From the IMG/VR virus record IMGVR_UViG_3300027771_001853, positions 186,001 through 250,000 of that record: DNA of 64,000 nucleotides. The stretch is one strand, 5' to 3'. Of the stretch, positions 39,723 through 49,410 are shown one piece after another. The position numbers and the translations under genes were made by a program. Every line of letters begins with the position of its first letter. The first letter of the stretch is position 1. The notes below the pieces were generated by a model. It was not told the origin of the DNA. It worked only from the letters and a program-made list of their open reading frames with translations, and did not search any database.

Positions 39723-41059
39723 TAAAACCCTATTTTTTCTCCTTCCTTAAATGGGTAGTTGTTATGACTTAGGTAGTCGTGTAAAACAGATTTATAATAT
39801 CTGTTTTTTAATTCTGGTTTTAACCATAAAAATTCTTGTACCACATCCACATCTAAAAATGGGTATCTTGTTTCTATTCCATAGGCTCCAGCCACATATT
39901 CTTCTTTTGCCAAATATGACTCCATACTACTATTAAAAAAACTAGGCCATGGAAAAATACTTGTCAGGTCTTGTGGGTAAAGACCACCAAAGTTACTGTG
40001 ATTGTATTTTTTAACCCCATTAAAACCATAATCTGAAAATAATTCATCTGCTCCCATCCCTGACAACAGAATTTTTTTACCATCACCAATAGCGTAATTA
40101 CATAATAACGATAATGAGTTTGCTCCATTATCATCTATTAATGATAGGTAATATTCGTTATAGTCACTGGAGTTTGAGTATGTAACATACTTAAATTCTT
40201 CTGTGTTTTTTTGGATGTAGTTGTGAGCGTCATTCAATTCTTTAGGGTGTCTGAATAATTCTTGAAATTCTGTATTTTCTTTTAGTTTTAATTTTCTTTG
40301 TTCTATAATGCCCCTATCTTCAGTACCCATTACCGTATAAGATTTAAATGGTACATCTTGTTTTATTAATTCACAAGCGATAGCACCACTATCGTAACCA
40401 CTACTAAGACCAATAAAAATCCTTTCTCTAAGATTGTATGTTCTTTTCTCTATAGATTTTTTAAATGCTTTTCTCCAGTCTTTAAAATCATCTTTATGTT
40501 GATTTAAATCAAATTCTTTAACCTTAAAAGTTTTTATCTCCATCATTAAATCTAAATCAAAAACTTTTGCTGTGTTTGGTTCCATCTTTTGCACATTCTG
40601 GTGACCTAGTCCAGCCAAACCACTACTGTACGACGCACAACCCAAATTACCTAAACCACTAGAATAAAAAATTGGTTTGGTTTTAAATGTGTCTGTGGAG
40701 AATAGGACTTTTCTTTGTTTTAGGTCAACTAATACTATAGCGAACTCACCATCTAATTTTTTAACAAAATCGAACGAGTGTTCTCTATATAATGAAATTA
40801 GGCATTCACCATCAGATTTATAATCACCAAAATCTTTATAGTTGTATATCTCCCCATTATATAGACAAATAACATCATCATCTACGAATGGTTGGGTGGT
40901 AAACTCTCCGGTTATACTTAATAGATTATGTAAAAACATAAGACCCGATAACTTTACAGCATTAGTCTTATCTGGTCCTCTAAATTGTGGGTAAAAATTA
41001 GCTCTACCCAACTGTTCTGGACTTAATTCTTTTTTTGCACTAAATATAAAACTACACAT
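39722..41059 (-). CDS. Asparagine synthetase-like glutamine amidotransferase (glycan amidation type)
   Basis: N-terminal Cys, RGPD, NGEIYN, SSGYDS, SGMGADELF, ETRYPFLD. Confidence 0.85.
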   Translation of the reverse strand: MCSFIFSAKKELSPEQLGRANFYPQFRGPDKTNAVKLSGLMFLHNLLSITGEFTTQPFVDDDVICLYNGEIYNYKDFGDYKSDGECLISLYREHSFDFVKKLDGEFAIVLVDLKQRKVLFSTDTFKTKPIFYSSGLGNLGCASYSSGLAGLGHQNVQKMEPNTAKVFDLDLMMEIKTFKVKEFDLNQHKDDFKDWRKAFKKSIEKRTYNLRERIFIGLSSGYDSGAIACELIKQDVPFKSYTVMGTEDRGIIEQRKLKLKENTEFQELFRHPKELNDAHNYIQKNTEEFKYVTYSNSSDYNEYYLSLIDDNGANSLSLLCNYAIGDGKKILLSGMGADELFSDYGFNGVKKYNHSNFGGLYPQDLTSIFPWPSFFNSSMESYLAKEEYVAGAYGIETRYPFLDVDVVQEFLWLKPELKNRYYKSVLHDYLSHNNYPFKEGEKIGF

Positions 41060-41062
41060 ATC

Positions 41063-41734
41063 TTAAAATTTATAATTTAATAATTCTATCTCCTTCTTAT
41101 AGACATTATATGTTATTTCTCTTGTACGTGGTGTATGTACATCCCTATAATCCACTTTCTTACTTTGGTTTAATGTTGGTAATTCAACATTAGGTAATCC
41201 TACTTTATCTGAAAACTTTTTAAAGTCTTCATTTAGATTTTCATACCTTAATACGTGGTCTACCATTATTTTACCGTCTTCATCTATCAAATAATCGTAT
41301 TGGTTATCGTACCCCCTATTCTGTGTAGCCCAAAATTCTGGACCAGTTTTACCCATATAACCCCTAGTGTAAAATATCTCCATCCACGCCTCAAAACTTC
41401 CAGCACTTTTTACGTGATTATACAGTGGGTGTTGAGGTTTTCCGTCCACTTCAGTACCGTCAGCTAATTCCCATTTTTCAGTACTGTTATTAACATCAAA
41501 CCAGAAACTTTTTTCTGCTATACAATAGTAGTAATTGGATACCATTCTATCCCATGGATTTCTGACCACACAAAAAGAACTACCATCACCCCAAAGTTCA
41601 GGGTTTTCATTTCTCATTTGTTGTGATGTTTGGTGTCCACCCGCTTGTTCCATTTTAAAAGTTTCTTGGATGCTTGTACCAGCATTCTTAGGAATGTGTA
41701 CAAATATTAAATTATTTTCTCTAGATATTGGCAT
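41063..41734 (-). CDS. Sulfotransferase family 2
   Basis: FVHIPKNAGTSI, VRNPWDRMVS.Y, RYENL..DF. Confidence 0.9.
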   Translation of the reverse strand: MPISRENNLIFVHIPKNAGTSIQETFKMEQAGGHQTSQQMRNENPELWGDGSSFCVVRNPWDRMVSNYYYCIAEKSFWFDVNNSTEKWELADGTEVDGKPQHPLYNHVKSAGSFEAWMEIFYTRGYMGKTGPEFWATQNRGYDNQYDYLIDEDGKIMVDHVLRYENLNEDFKKFSDKVGLPNVELPTLNQSKKVDYRDVHTPRTREITYNVYKKEIELLNYKF

Positions 41735-41735
41735 A

Positions 41736-42425
41736 TTAAAATCCTTTATAGTATAGTTGTGGAATTATAGGGTTCTGCCTTAAACCATTGTTAGCAAATC
41801 CTGGTAGTACTTTTACGTCGATATTTAAAGAATTTAAAACAAAGGGTAAACTTATCTGGTCTCTAGAAGAGAACCTACATATAATTTCCCACCATTTTAA
41901 ATTCATGACCTGTATTTGTGGTGTGTTTTTTCTTATACTAGCTGACAACTCAAATAACCCAAAATCTTTAGGAAACCCTTCCTCATTATAGAAGTCCAAC
42001 TGCCTATGAATATTATCTAAACTATCATAGTCACCACCAGGTCCCTCAGTAAGTTCTATTAATGTTTTTGCCTCATCGTAAAGACAGTCTCTTTCTGGGT
42101 GTTTAAATAGTGCTATATCATTATCTTTTAAATAAGTCTCACAAAATTCTTTAGGGTCTGATATAATATCATGTGTGGGGTCCATCCATATATGATAATC
42201 ATAATCTGGTAAAAAAACATGAGGCATTATCTTATATATTTTTGCGTTTCTTCTACCAGTAAATTGTTTATCTATAGTAAAATCAGGTGAAATTATTTGA
42301 TTCCACACTTCACATGGGTGCTCTTTATCTACATAGGCATAATAATCTACACCATGCCATTTTGTTTGTGGTGTTCGTAATTGTTGTACGTTACCAAATA
42401 CGGACGTTATAACTGCTATCTTCAT
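41736..42425 (-). CDS. DUF616 (TOD1/MUCI70) glycosyltransferase-like protein
   Basis: K..PH.FLPDYD..IWMD, HP.R.CLY.EA, WW, RDQISLP. Confidence 0.8.
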   Translation of the reverse strand: MKIAVITSVFGNVQQLRTPQTKWHGVDYYAYVDKEHPCEVWNQIISPDFTIDKQFTGRRNAKIYKIMPHVFLPDYDYHIWMDPTHDIISDPKEFCETYLKDNDIALFKHPERDCLYDEAKTLIELTEGPGGDYDSLDNIHRQLDFYNEEGFPKDFGLFELSASIRKNTPQIQVMNLKWWEIICRFSSRDQISLPFVLNSLNIDVKVLPGFANNGLRQNPIIPQLYYKGF

Positions 42426-43119
42426 TAGGGTGTTTTTTTAATACGTAATTTAATTCATTTATTTTTATTTCCTGTGTAACAATACTGTTTGATACTTGGT
42501 TCCCCCAACCTCTATTTACAACAGTATATTCATTGACTATACCTGGTTCACCAAATACGTCATGTAATTGTTTATAATACTCCACGTCCATTAACCATAT
42601 TAGATTTTCATCAAAATAAGGTTTTTCTTTAAGATTTCTAATAGATATAACACTAGGTGAACTCATAGTATTTTCACCGTATTGAATATTCTTATGGAAC
42701 CTTGGATGGAATGGGCTATGTAGGTTATGGACATCGTCACTTGAATGCTTACAAGCTGACGCTAACCATTTTACCGTTTCGTCTTCAAAACCCTTAACGG
42801 TTTTTTCTATACTAGTTTCATCAATAATAAAATCGTCTTGGAATAGGATTTTTATTATATCTCCAGAAGCGTTCTTCATAGCTACATTACTATTAGCAGA
42901 AGAATTACCTCTATTTTCTAAGTTTTTAACATACTTTATGTCTAATCTTCCGGCCCAATTAACACACAAATCTTTTATGTCGTCATTTTGACTATGGTCA
43001 GATATGACAACCTCTATATCCTTATGTGTTTGCTTTTCAAATAGATTAAAGTTGTATTCTAAAAACTCAACACCTCGTCCATTAGCTTCATATGATGGTA
43101 TACAAATTGATACTTTCAT
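42391..43119 (-). CDS. Glycosyltransferase family 2
   Basis: VSICIPSY, VISD, LFQDD. Confidence 0.85.
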   Translation of the reverse strand: MKVSICIPSYEANGRGVEFLEYNFNLFEKQTHKDIEVVISDHSQNDDIKDLCVNWAGRLDIKYVKNLENRGNSSANSNVAMKNASGDIIKILFQDDFIIDETSIEKTVKGFEDETVKWLASACKHSSDDVHNLHSPFHPRFHKNIQYGENTMSSPSVISIRNLKEKPYFDENLIWLMDVEYYKQLHDVFGEPGIVNEYTVVNRGWGNQVSNSIVTQEIKINELNYVLKKHPNEDSSYNVRIW

Positions 43120-43973
43120 TATAATATTTCTTCCACTTCACCCCTAACTCTTTCCCAAAAATCAGAGTACTTAAAATGTCTTTCATAGTTATCTTCTATT
43201 GCTTCCTTCATAGAATCGTAAGTTTCTGGAGTTAGTTTATTAATTATTTCATATAATTCTGGCCAACTACTAAAAGGTATTATCCCATCAATATTAAAGT
43301 ACTCACCAATATTAGGTGCTCCACAATATAAAGGTATTGTCTTTGACGCGATACAATCCACCAACTTTTCTGTGAACCAATTATCTGTATCACAATTTTC
43401 TACTATAATAGAGAACTGGTACCCATCAAAAATAGGGTCTTTTTTAGGTAGGTAACTCGTAGGTGGGAATAAACGATACTTTAACCCATTAGGTGTTAAT
43501 GTGTCTGGTAGTGATTGTTGGTTCGCTAAATTATTTAACTGTGGTAAAACCTCATATCTAAGTTTATGTCCTGGGAATATCTCCATTCTTTTAGCTCCGG
43601 GTAAAAAAGATAAAGCAAACTCCTTTTTAAATTCATACCCAGAATCCACCCAACACGTACCGAATGGAAATGGTTTAGTGTGTGGTATTTGTTCTAGTAA
43701 AATCGGGTCCCAAGTTAGTATAATATCAAATAGGTCTTGATTTTGTAATAACAAATCATTGGTTGCACTAGTAGGACTCAACCTCCTATATGCTTCTGGT
43801 TCTGTTTGTATATGTATCCTTATATCAGCATCTTTAAAATCCTGATTATTCAAATCCATATGGTCCCAATATATACAAACTTTTTTATTGTATTTAGGGA
43901 AATTTTGGGATGGTTCGTCGCTGCCTCCAATCCCAAATACTCTTGCTTGATGTAAATTTATATTTTCTTCCAT
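43119..43973 (-). CDS. GT10 alpha-1,3/4-fucosyltransferase-like
   Basis: YQFSIIVEN...WFTEKL.DC...TIPLY.G motif. Confidence 0.8.
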   Translation of the reverse strand: MEENINLHQARVFGIGGSDEPSQNFPKYNKKVCIYWDHMDLNNQDFKDADIRIHIQTEPEAYRRLSPTSATNDLLLQNQDLFDIILTWDPILLEQIPHTKPFPFGTCWVDSGYEFKKEFALSFLPGAKRMEIFPGHKLRYEVLPQLNNLANQQSLPDTLTPNGLKYRLFPPTSYLPKKDPIFDGYQFSIIVENCDTDNWFTEKLVDCIASKTIPLYCGAPNIGEYFNIDGIIPFSSWPELYEIINKLTPETYDSMKEAIEDNYERHFKYSDFWERVRGEVEEIL

Positions 43974-44740
43974 GTTTCCGGTACTAAATCTTTAGGGTCT
44001 GGTCCTTGTGGGCCAAACCAGTTATTTGGTGAAACAATAATTTTATCTTTATTGGTATTCAACCACGCTGCCCACCAACTAAAACTACTATTTGCTGTAA
44101 TTTGATGGTTACATATGGACATTAAATGTAAGTCTTCATAATTTTCATTATCACTAACAAAATTAACTTTTTTAATCCCATTTATCTTAGCTAAACTAAA
44201 TAAGTTATTCACACACCACAGAATATCATCAGAAAATACAAATATTTCAATATCTGTTTTTTTTGTTTCATTAACGATATATTCTATCGCTTCTTTATAG
44301 TAGTCCTGATTTGGGGTTGGGTGTATGTTTGGATAATTTAGGTAGTCACCTCTTCTTACATGTAAAGATATTGTATATTCTGAACGAATTATATTAATTT
44401 GGTCTTGTATACCCCTCTTAACATCCTCTGTCACAGTTATAATTTCTTGTACTTTATCTTTAGCGTGTTTAAAGTATTTTTCACTCTGGAAATACCCATT
44501 TATATTCATATCCTTAGTGTATGGTATAGGTGTGTAATGGAAAGGACCTTCACCCTCCTCAACCACAAAACTAATATCTTTTTTTAACCATTCTTTAGGT
44601 ATGTTAAAAAATGGAGCAAACCTATAATCTTCTGGTAATACAACCACATCATTATTTGCCTCAGCAATCCCAATAGCTGTAGCAAGATTAAATAATGAGT
44701 TACCTAACTTAAAATTCTTTATTCCTGTACTTGTTACCAT
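43958..44740 (-). CDS. GT11 alpha-1,2-fucosyl/colitosyltransferase
   Basis: LGN..F, GYFQSEKYF, HVRRGDY, FSDD, ANSSFSWWAAWL. Confidence 0.9.
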   Translation of the reverse strand: MVTSTGIKNFKLGNSLFNLATAIGIAEANNDVVVLPEDYRFAPFFNIPKEWLKKDISFVVEEGEGPFHYTPIPYTKDMNINGYFQSEKYFKHAKDKVQEIITVTEDVKRGIQDQINIIRSEYTISLHVRRGDYLNYPNIHPTPNQDYYKEAIEYIVNETKKTDIEIFVFSDDILWCVNNLFSLAKINGIKKVNFVSDNENYEDLHLMSICNHQITANSSFSWWAAWLNTNKDKIIVSPNNWFGPQGPDPKDLVPETWKKI

Positions 44741-44741
44741 A

Positions 44742-45560
44742 TTACACTTCCCATTGTTTTATGAATTCCTCCATTTGTTCTTTAGTCATAGTTTCAGTCA
44801 TAACTGATAACTGTGCATTACTTTGGTAGAACTCGTGTGTAGCTTTTGGTGACTGTCCTGGACCGTCATGTGGAAGATGAAATAGTATAGCGTCTTCATC
44901 CATCACTCTACTAATATCATAACCCAAAGCTCTTGTTCTTATGGTTATTTCGTTATCTTCGTAACCCCAACCTTTAAACATTGGGTTGTATCCACCAAAT
45001 TTGTTATATCTATCGTGATTAAAGAACACACACCCACCAACACTATCGTAATGACCAACAAAAACCTTACCATTACTATAATTAACTTGTTTAGATTCTG
45101 GTTTATATTTTGTTAAATCATCGTAGTCTAGAGTTTCCATAAACTCTTCTTTGGTATGTTCGTATAGGTTTAAAAATAAACCGTTGTACGGATAACAAAT
45201 CGCTAGATTATCTTCTTTTATTAACCTATCAGCGGTCATCTTCATATATTTAGGATGAATGATTATATCCGTATCTAATGAGACTATTACAGGTCTGTCA
45301 GTCTCCTTAGAAGCTATATTATAACATTTAGGTCTAACATATATCCCATCGTTTTCATGGAATATATATTTATCATTTTCTGTTAAGGTAATTGACTCTG
45401 TTATTTTTTGTTCAGCGTCGTCCTCTATAAAAATAAACTGTGTGTTATCAGCATATTTCCTATAAAATTCTTGTATAATCTCTAAATTTTGTTGTCTGGC
45501 AACAGTATCTATTCTTACGTGTACCAAAAAACAAACATCGGATAAATCTACTTTTTTCAT
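44742..45560 (-). CDS. GT-A glycosyltransferase with GT7 C-terminal (galactosyltransferase-like) motif
   Basis: LDTD, GGYN..F.GWGYED, FHL.H. Confidence 0.8.
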   Translation of the reverse strand: MKKVDLSDVCFLVHVRIDTVARQQNLEIIQEFYRKYADNTQFIFIEDDAEQKITESITLTENDKYIFHENDGIYVRPKCYNIASKETDRPVIVSLDTDIIIHPKYMKMTADRLIKEDNLAICYPYNGLFLNLYEHTKEEFMETLDYDDLTKYKPESKQVNYSNGKVFVGHYDSVGGCVFFNHDRYNKFGGYNPMFKGWGYEDNEITIRTRALGYDISRVMDEDAILFHLPHDGPGQSPKATHEFYQSNAQLSVMTETMTKEQMEEFIKQWEV

Positions 45561-46399
45561 TTTGCGTGTTCTTTTTTAATTTTTTTTAATGTCCTAACCA
45601 CCGTATCAATATCTACCTGTGGTGCCCCTGTTGGGTAATGACCGTGTTTCTTTTTATAGTGTTCTGCACCTACATTATAATTTAAGTGCCATTCTGGTGT
45701 GTGTGAGATTGTACTCTCTGTTATACAGTTCTCTATATCTTCTAGATATAACCAACTTTCCCAGATATCCGGAAACCACCAGAATTCTGGACAAAAACCA
45801 TTTTTATAGCATTGGTAGCTATGTTCCACATGCTCCCAAGCATTTTTAAATATTGGGTCAAACACCCCAACTTTATCGATAACATCTTTGTGGTAATAAC
45901 AAAAAGCTCCTACCGAATTAGGGTATAAAGCTATTTTTGTATCATCGTAATATAGGACTGTCTTTGGGTTTGGTTCGTTTAAATTATCTGTTTCTGCTCT
46001 TTCTTCTAGTGTAGAAAAACCCTTACTATCTTTTCTATTAGCAGGACCTTGTAGAGCGTAACTTAAATGTTTAATACCACTAGCTTCTGAAGCTTCTATA
46101 TATTTTTCAAACACAGAATCATCTTTTATCAATACGTCATCTTCCATTATAAAAATGTGTTCACACCCTTTTGATATTAAGTAATTTATAGCGTCACTTT
46201 TACTCTTGCCAACACACTCATTTACTTCGTGTTGTATTATATGGGCTTTTTTTGGGTACGATTCTGGGTTATATGGGGTACCATCATTAACTATGACAAA
46301 ATTTTCTATCCAGTCAGGTACTGTAATAGCACTCTGTAATATTCTATGTTCAGCTTTATATGTTACAAGTCCTAAACCTATTTTACTTTTGTTGTTCAT
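45557..46399 (-). CDS. Glycosyltransferase family 2
   Basis: IVNDG, IMEDD, VGVFD; likely start MNNKSK at 46399. Confidence 0.8.
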   Translation of the reverse strand: MNNKSKIGLGLVTYKAEHRILQSAITVPDWIENFVIVNDGTPYNPESYPKKAHIIQHEVNECVGKSKSDAINYLISKGCEHIFIMEDDVLIKDDSVFEKYIEASEASGIKHLSYALQGPANRKDSKGFSTLEERAETDNLNEPNPKTVLYYDDTKIALYPNSVGAFCYYHKDVIDKVGVFDPIFKNAWEHVEHSYQCYKNGFCPEFWWFPDIWESWLYLEDIENCITESTISHTPEWHLNYNVGAEHYKKKHGHYPTGAPQVDIDTVVRTLKKIKKEHAK

Positions 46400-47729
46400 T
46401 CTGCGTTTTTTTAATAAATCGTTTATAATCATAAGTCCCTAGTAACTGATTTACGTGACCTAAATCTGGATTGTCTCTTAACTCCTCATATTCATCTAAT
46501 AATCTACCACAAGATTCTTCAGAGTGTACATTAACATAACCATTTTTAATCAAACTTAACCCTATTAGGAACCCAGAAGCTGGATTTGTAACATCCGTAC
46601 CTATGTCCTGTATAGTTTTTAAAGCTCGTTTACTTAAAGCCATAATGTACCCTTGTGAACCAACAGTATTTGTTTTATAACCACCACCAAAATTATAAAA
46701 ACTACCTAATGAGTTTTTATTTATAACTAATTTTCCGTCTTTAGCTATTAAGTCGATACCGTTCGCGATTATACTATTATCTTTTACGTGAGTTCTTGAC
46801 GTGATGACCCCACAATTTGTTGTTTTAGTGTAAATTTTAACAAACTCGGTTATTACATCATTTAATGGTGCTGTTTCATTAAAAAACACATATAAATCAC
46901 ATTCCTCATCTTCAGGTCTATCCAACCAGACTACATTATTGTAAGTGCAATTGTCTACTACGCATTTTTTTAACTCTTCTTCCTCAAAGGCACTATTAAC
47001 AACAACACCAACTTTTACTTTATTATTTTTTATAGGTTTTATAGTGTTAAACTTTAAACCCCCTTCTTGTATTATCGGGAGTTTGGTAAAGTGTTTCCCA
47101 ACAAATTTAAATCTATTTCTGTGCCATTCATCATTTACCATACCCACTGACTTATGGGTAACCTTAACCTCAAAGTTTACACCCACTTTTACACCCGCTA
47201 ACCAATTAGACACACAAAAATCTATCTCATAAAAATGAAACCCCTTAAAATAGTCATCAAATTTCTTTTTTATTAAATCTCTATCAACTAAAAAGAATAA
47301 ACCATCTACCAATAAAGCGTCTAATACTTCATTTTTAAAAATTCCTGAATATTTTGACTGCCATGTCCGTCCTTCATGTGTATGCCAAACACTACCCATC
47401 ATTTTAGCCCAGTTGGTCCACCACATACCATTTTCTGGTAATTCCGTTGTTCCAGCTATACCTAATATCCCATAATCTGGATTATTATGTTTTAACTTTA
47501 ATAATTTCTTTGCCCACCCTTTAGTTTCTATTATTAAATCATCGTGACAAAAAACAATATTATTATTTTTTGCCTCTTTTAACCCTTTATTATATAATTC
47601 TGTTAAAGAATATTTCCCAGGGTTTTCATAAATGATAATTTCTATGTCCTTTAAACCTGATGTGGACTTTAGATGTTTGACGTATTCCTCGTCTCTTTGT
47701 TTTGTACTTACTACTACTGATAATCCCAT
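46383..47729 (-). CDS. Glycosyltransferase-like (Glyco_tranf_2_5) with degenerate second domain
   Basis: YNKG, VFCHDD, GIAG, VDGLF, FHFYE.DFC. Confidence 0.75.
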   Translation of the reverse strand: MGLSVVVSTKQRDEEYVKHLKSTSGLKDIEIIIYENPGKYSLTELYNKGLKEAKNNNIVFCHDDLIIETKGWAKKLLKLKHNNPDYGILGIAGTTELPENGMWWTNWAKMMGSVWHTHEGRTWQSKYSGIFKNEVLDALLVDGLFFLVDRDLIKKKFDDYFKGFHFYEIDFCVSNWLAGVKVGVNFEVKVTHKSVGMVNDEWHRNRFKFVGKHFTKLPIIQEGGLKFNTIKPIKNNKVKVGVVVNSAFEEEELKKCVVDNCTYNNVVWLDRPEDEECDLYVFFNETAPLNDVITEFVKIYTKTTNCGVITSRTHVKDNSIIANGIDLIAKDGKLVINKNSLGSFYNFGGGYKTNTVGSQGYIMALSKRALKTIQDIGTDVTNPASGFLIGLSLIKNGYVNVHSEESCGRLLDEYEELRDNPDLGHVNQLLGTYDYKRFIKKTQNEQQK

Positions 47730-47733
47730 AATT

Positions 47734-48348
47734 TTATTTTATTCCTGTACTACCAAAACCACCTTCGTCTCTGTTAGTACTTTCTAGTTTAGATACTTTT
47801 ATATATTTTGCCCAATTGGTGTTAAGAATGTTATTTAAAACTGCTTGAGCTACCCTATCTCCATCATTAATAGTAAAAGGGTCTTCACCTAAATTTATTA
47901 GGATAATTTTTATTTCACCTCTATAACTTCTATCAACAGTACCAGGTGTATTAAGAACTGTTATACCGTGTTTTAAAGCTAAACCACTTCTGGGTCTTAC
48001 TTGTAATTCATAATTCTCTGGTAATTCAAAGTAAAGGCCGGTAGGAATTAATTTCCTTTTACCTGGATGAATAACCATAGTATCGTTTGGTATTGATGCT
48101 CTTAAATCAAAACCACTATCGTCTTTATGTGCGTATTCTGGGTCTGGATTATTAGATGTGTTGACATACTTTACCTCCATCCTTGGAATGTCTTCATCAG
48201 TTATAAAAGAAGTGTTTTCTAGTTCTTCTAGGTCTATTCCTAGAATTTTTGGTAATTCCAATGGGGTTTCGTCTATTGAGTTACTGTTTGCGTACCTTTC
48301 TATTTGTGATAAAGTACTTTTCATTTTTTTATTAGTGTTATTATTCAT
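47734..48348 (-). CDS. dut: Trimeric dUTPase
   Basis: SGFDL, RPRSGLA, GTVD..YRGEI, GDRVAQ, R..GGFGSTG. Confidence 0.95.
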   Translation of the reverse strand: MNNNTNKKMKSTLSQIERYANSNSIDETPLELPKILGIDLEELENTSFITDEDIPRMEVKYVNTSNNPDPEYAHKDDSGFDLRASIPNDTMVIHPGKRKLIPTGLYFELPENYELQVRPRSGLALKHGITVLNTPGTVDRSYRGEIKIILINLGEDPFTINDGDRVAQAVLNNILNTNWAKYIKVSKLESTNRDEGGFGSTGIK

Positions 48349-48354
48349 AGTACC

Positions 48355-49086
48355 TTATTTCAATAAATTTATTTTTAACATTAACCTCATGACCTCTAAA
48401 AGATTTTTTTCACACCTTTCTTTAATTTCTTTTTTTCTAAATAAATCCCCTTTTCCCCAATATAGTTTGTGTGCATCACTTCGTTCCCACTGAGAATCGT
48501 GATGGTCATCTGTTTTTATTCCCATAGCTGAACTTATAACACCTAAAGAGTACAACCCCCTACCGGAAGCAAAACCCCAAACATCTTTTGTGTCTATAGC
48601 TCTAATCTCCCAAGGTTTAGTTTCGTGATTAGGGAATATTTTTGGTGGTTTTAGACCATTGATAAGCATTCTTTTTGCTATACATGGAATAGTGAATGAT
48701 TTTATCTCATGTCCACATAATTTAAAACCTAAATTATCAACTTTTTCAACTATTCCTCTGAATTTAGTAATAATTTCTTTTTCGTCTAACGGATTTTCAC
48801 CTAAATCACACCAGGTCTCAACTTTTGGTGTGTTGTCAGTTTGTAGGAATGCTGCACTTACACATATAATTTTAGCAAATTCAGGTATTCCTGCAGCTCT
48901 TTTTACGAAAACTTCTTCTGACGATAATTTGTCATCCTCCGTAAACCATTTTCTAATGTAATGTATCACATTATTTTCCCAACTATCGTGTAATAGTGGG
49001 TATTTGTTTTCAAGTTCACTTAAACTAGAAGTTATTCCAGCTGTTTCAATGTGAAAAAATAGTAGTTTGTTTAAATTCTCTGACAT
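48355..49086 (-). CDS. PolB-type 3'-5' exonuclease homologue, apparently inactive
   Basis: FFHIET, PEFAKIICVS, CGHEIKSFTIP, KPWE...DT, CEKNL; Exo I/II/III Asp positions substituted. Confidence 0.7.
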   Translation of the reverse strand: MSENLNKLLFFHIETAGITSSLSELENKYPLLHDSWENNVIHYIRKWFTEDDKLSSEEVFVKRAAGIPEFAKIICVSAAFLQTDNTPKVETWCDLGENPLDEKEIITKFRGIVEKVDNLGFKLCGHEIKSFTIPCIAKRMLINGLKPPKIFPNHETKPWEIRAIDTKDVWGFASGRGLYSLGVISSAMGIKTDDHHDSQWERSDAHKLYWGKGDLFRKKEIKERCEKNLLEVMRLMLKINLLK

Positions 49087-49112
49087 AGTGTTTTAGGTTT
49101 ATTGGTTCTTTA

Positions 49113-49144
49113 TAAAACTAACAAATCTTAACAGTAAAATCAAA
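49113..49144 (-). promoter_or_regulatory. Putative Bacteroidota-type -33/-7 promoter
   Basis: TTTG-N20-TAGTTTTA. Confidence 0.5.
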
Positions 49145-49149
49145 CAATA

Positions 49150-49392
49150 TTACCCTAATTTTTGATTGTAGTAGTTAGGTGTTAGTTGTGGGTGAAGAAT
49201 ATCTTCATATGGTGCTTTGATGACAGATATAACTTCTGAGTCTCTAGTGTCTTCTGAAAGATAATGAGATAACCTTTTATTAGCCTCAAAAACCGATTCT
49301 GATTCCACGATATATTTAAATTTTTTAACTTTGGGTTTTCCTTCACTGTCGATTACCCCTGTCTCGAATGCTACGATTGCTTGATAGTACAT
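49150..49392 (-). CDS. DUF4494-like small protein
   Basis: Y...V.FE....G..K..K.KYIV...SV.EA pattern resembles Bacteroidota DUF4494. Confidence 0.55.
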   Translation of the reverse strand: MYYQAIVAFETGVIDSEGKPKVKKFKYIVESESVFEANKRLSHYLSEDTRDSEVISVIKAPYEDILHPQLTPNYYNQKLG

Positions 49393-49410
49393 ATTTTTAG
49401 TTTTTAGTTT

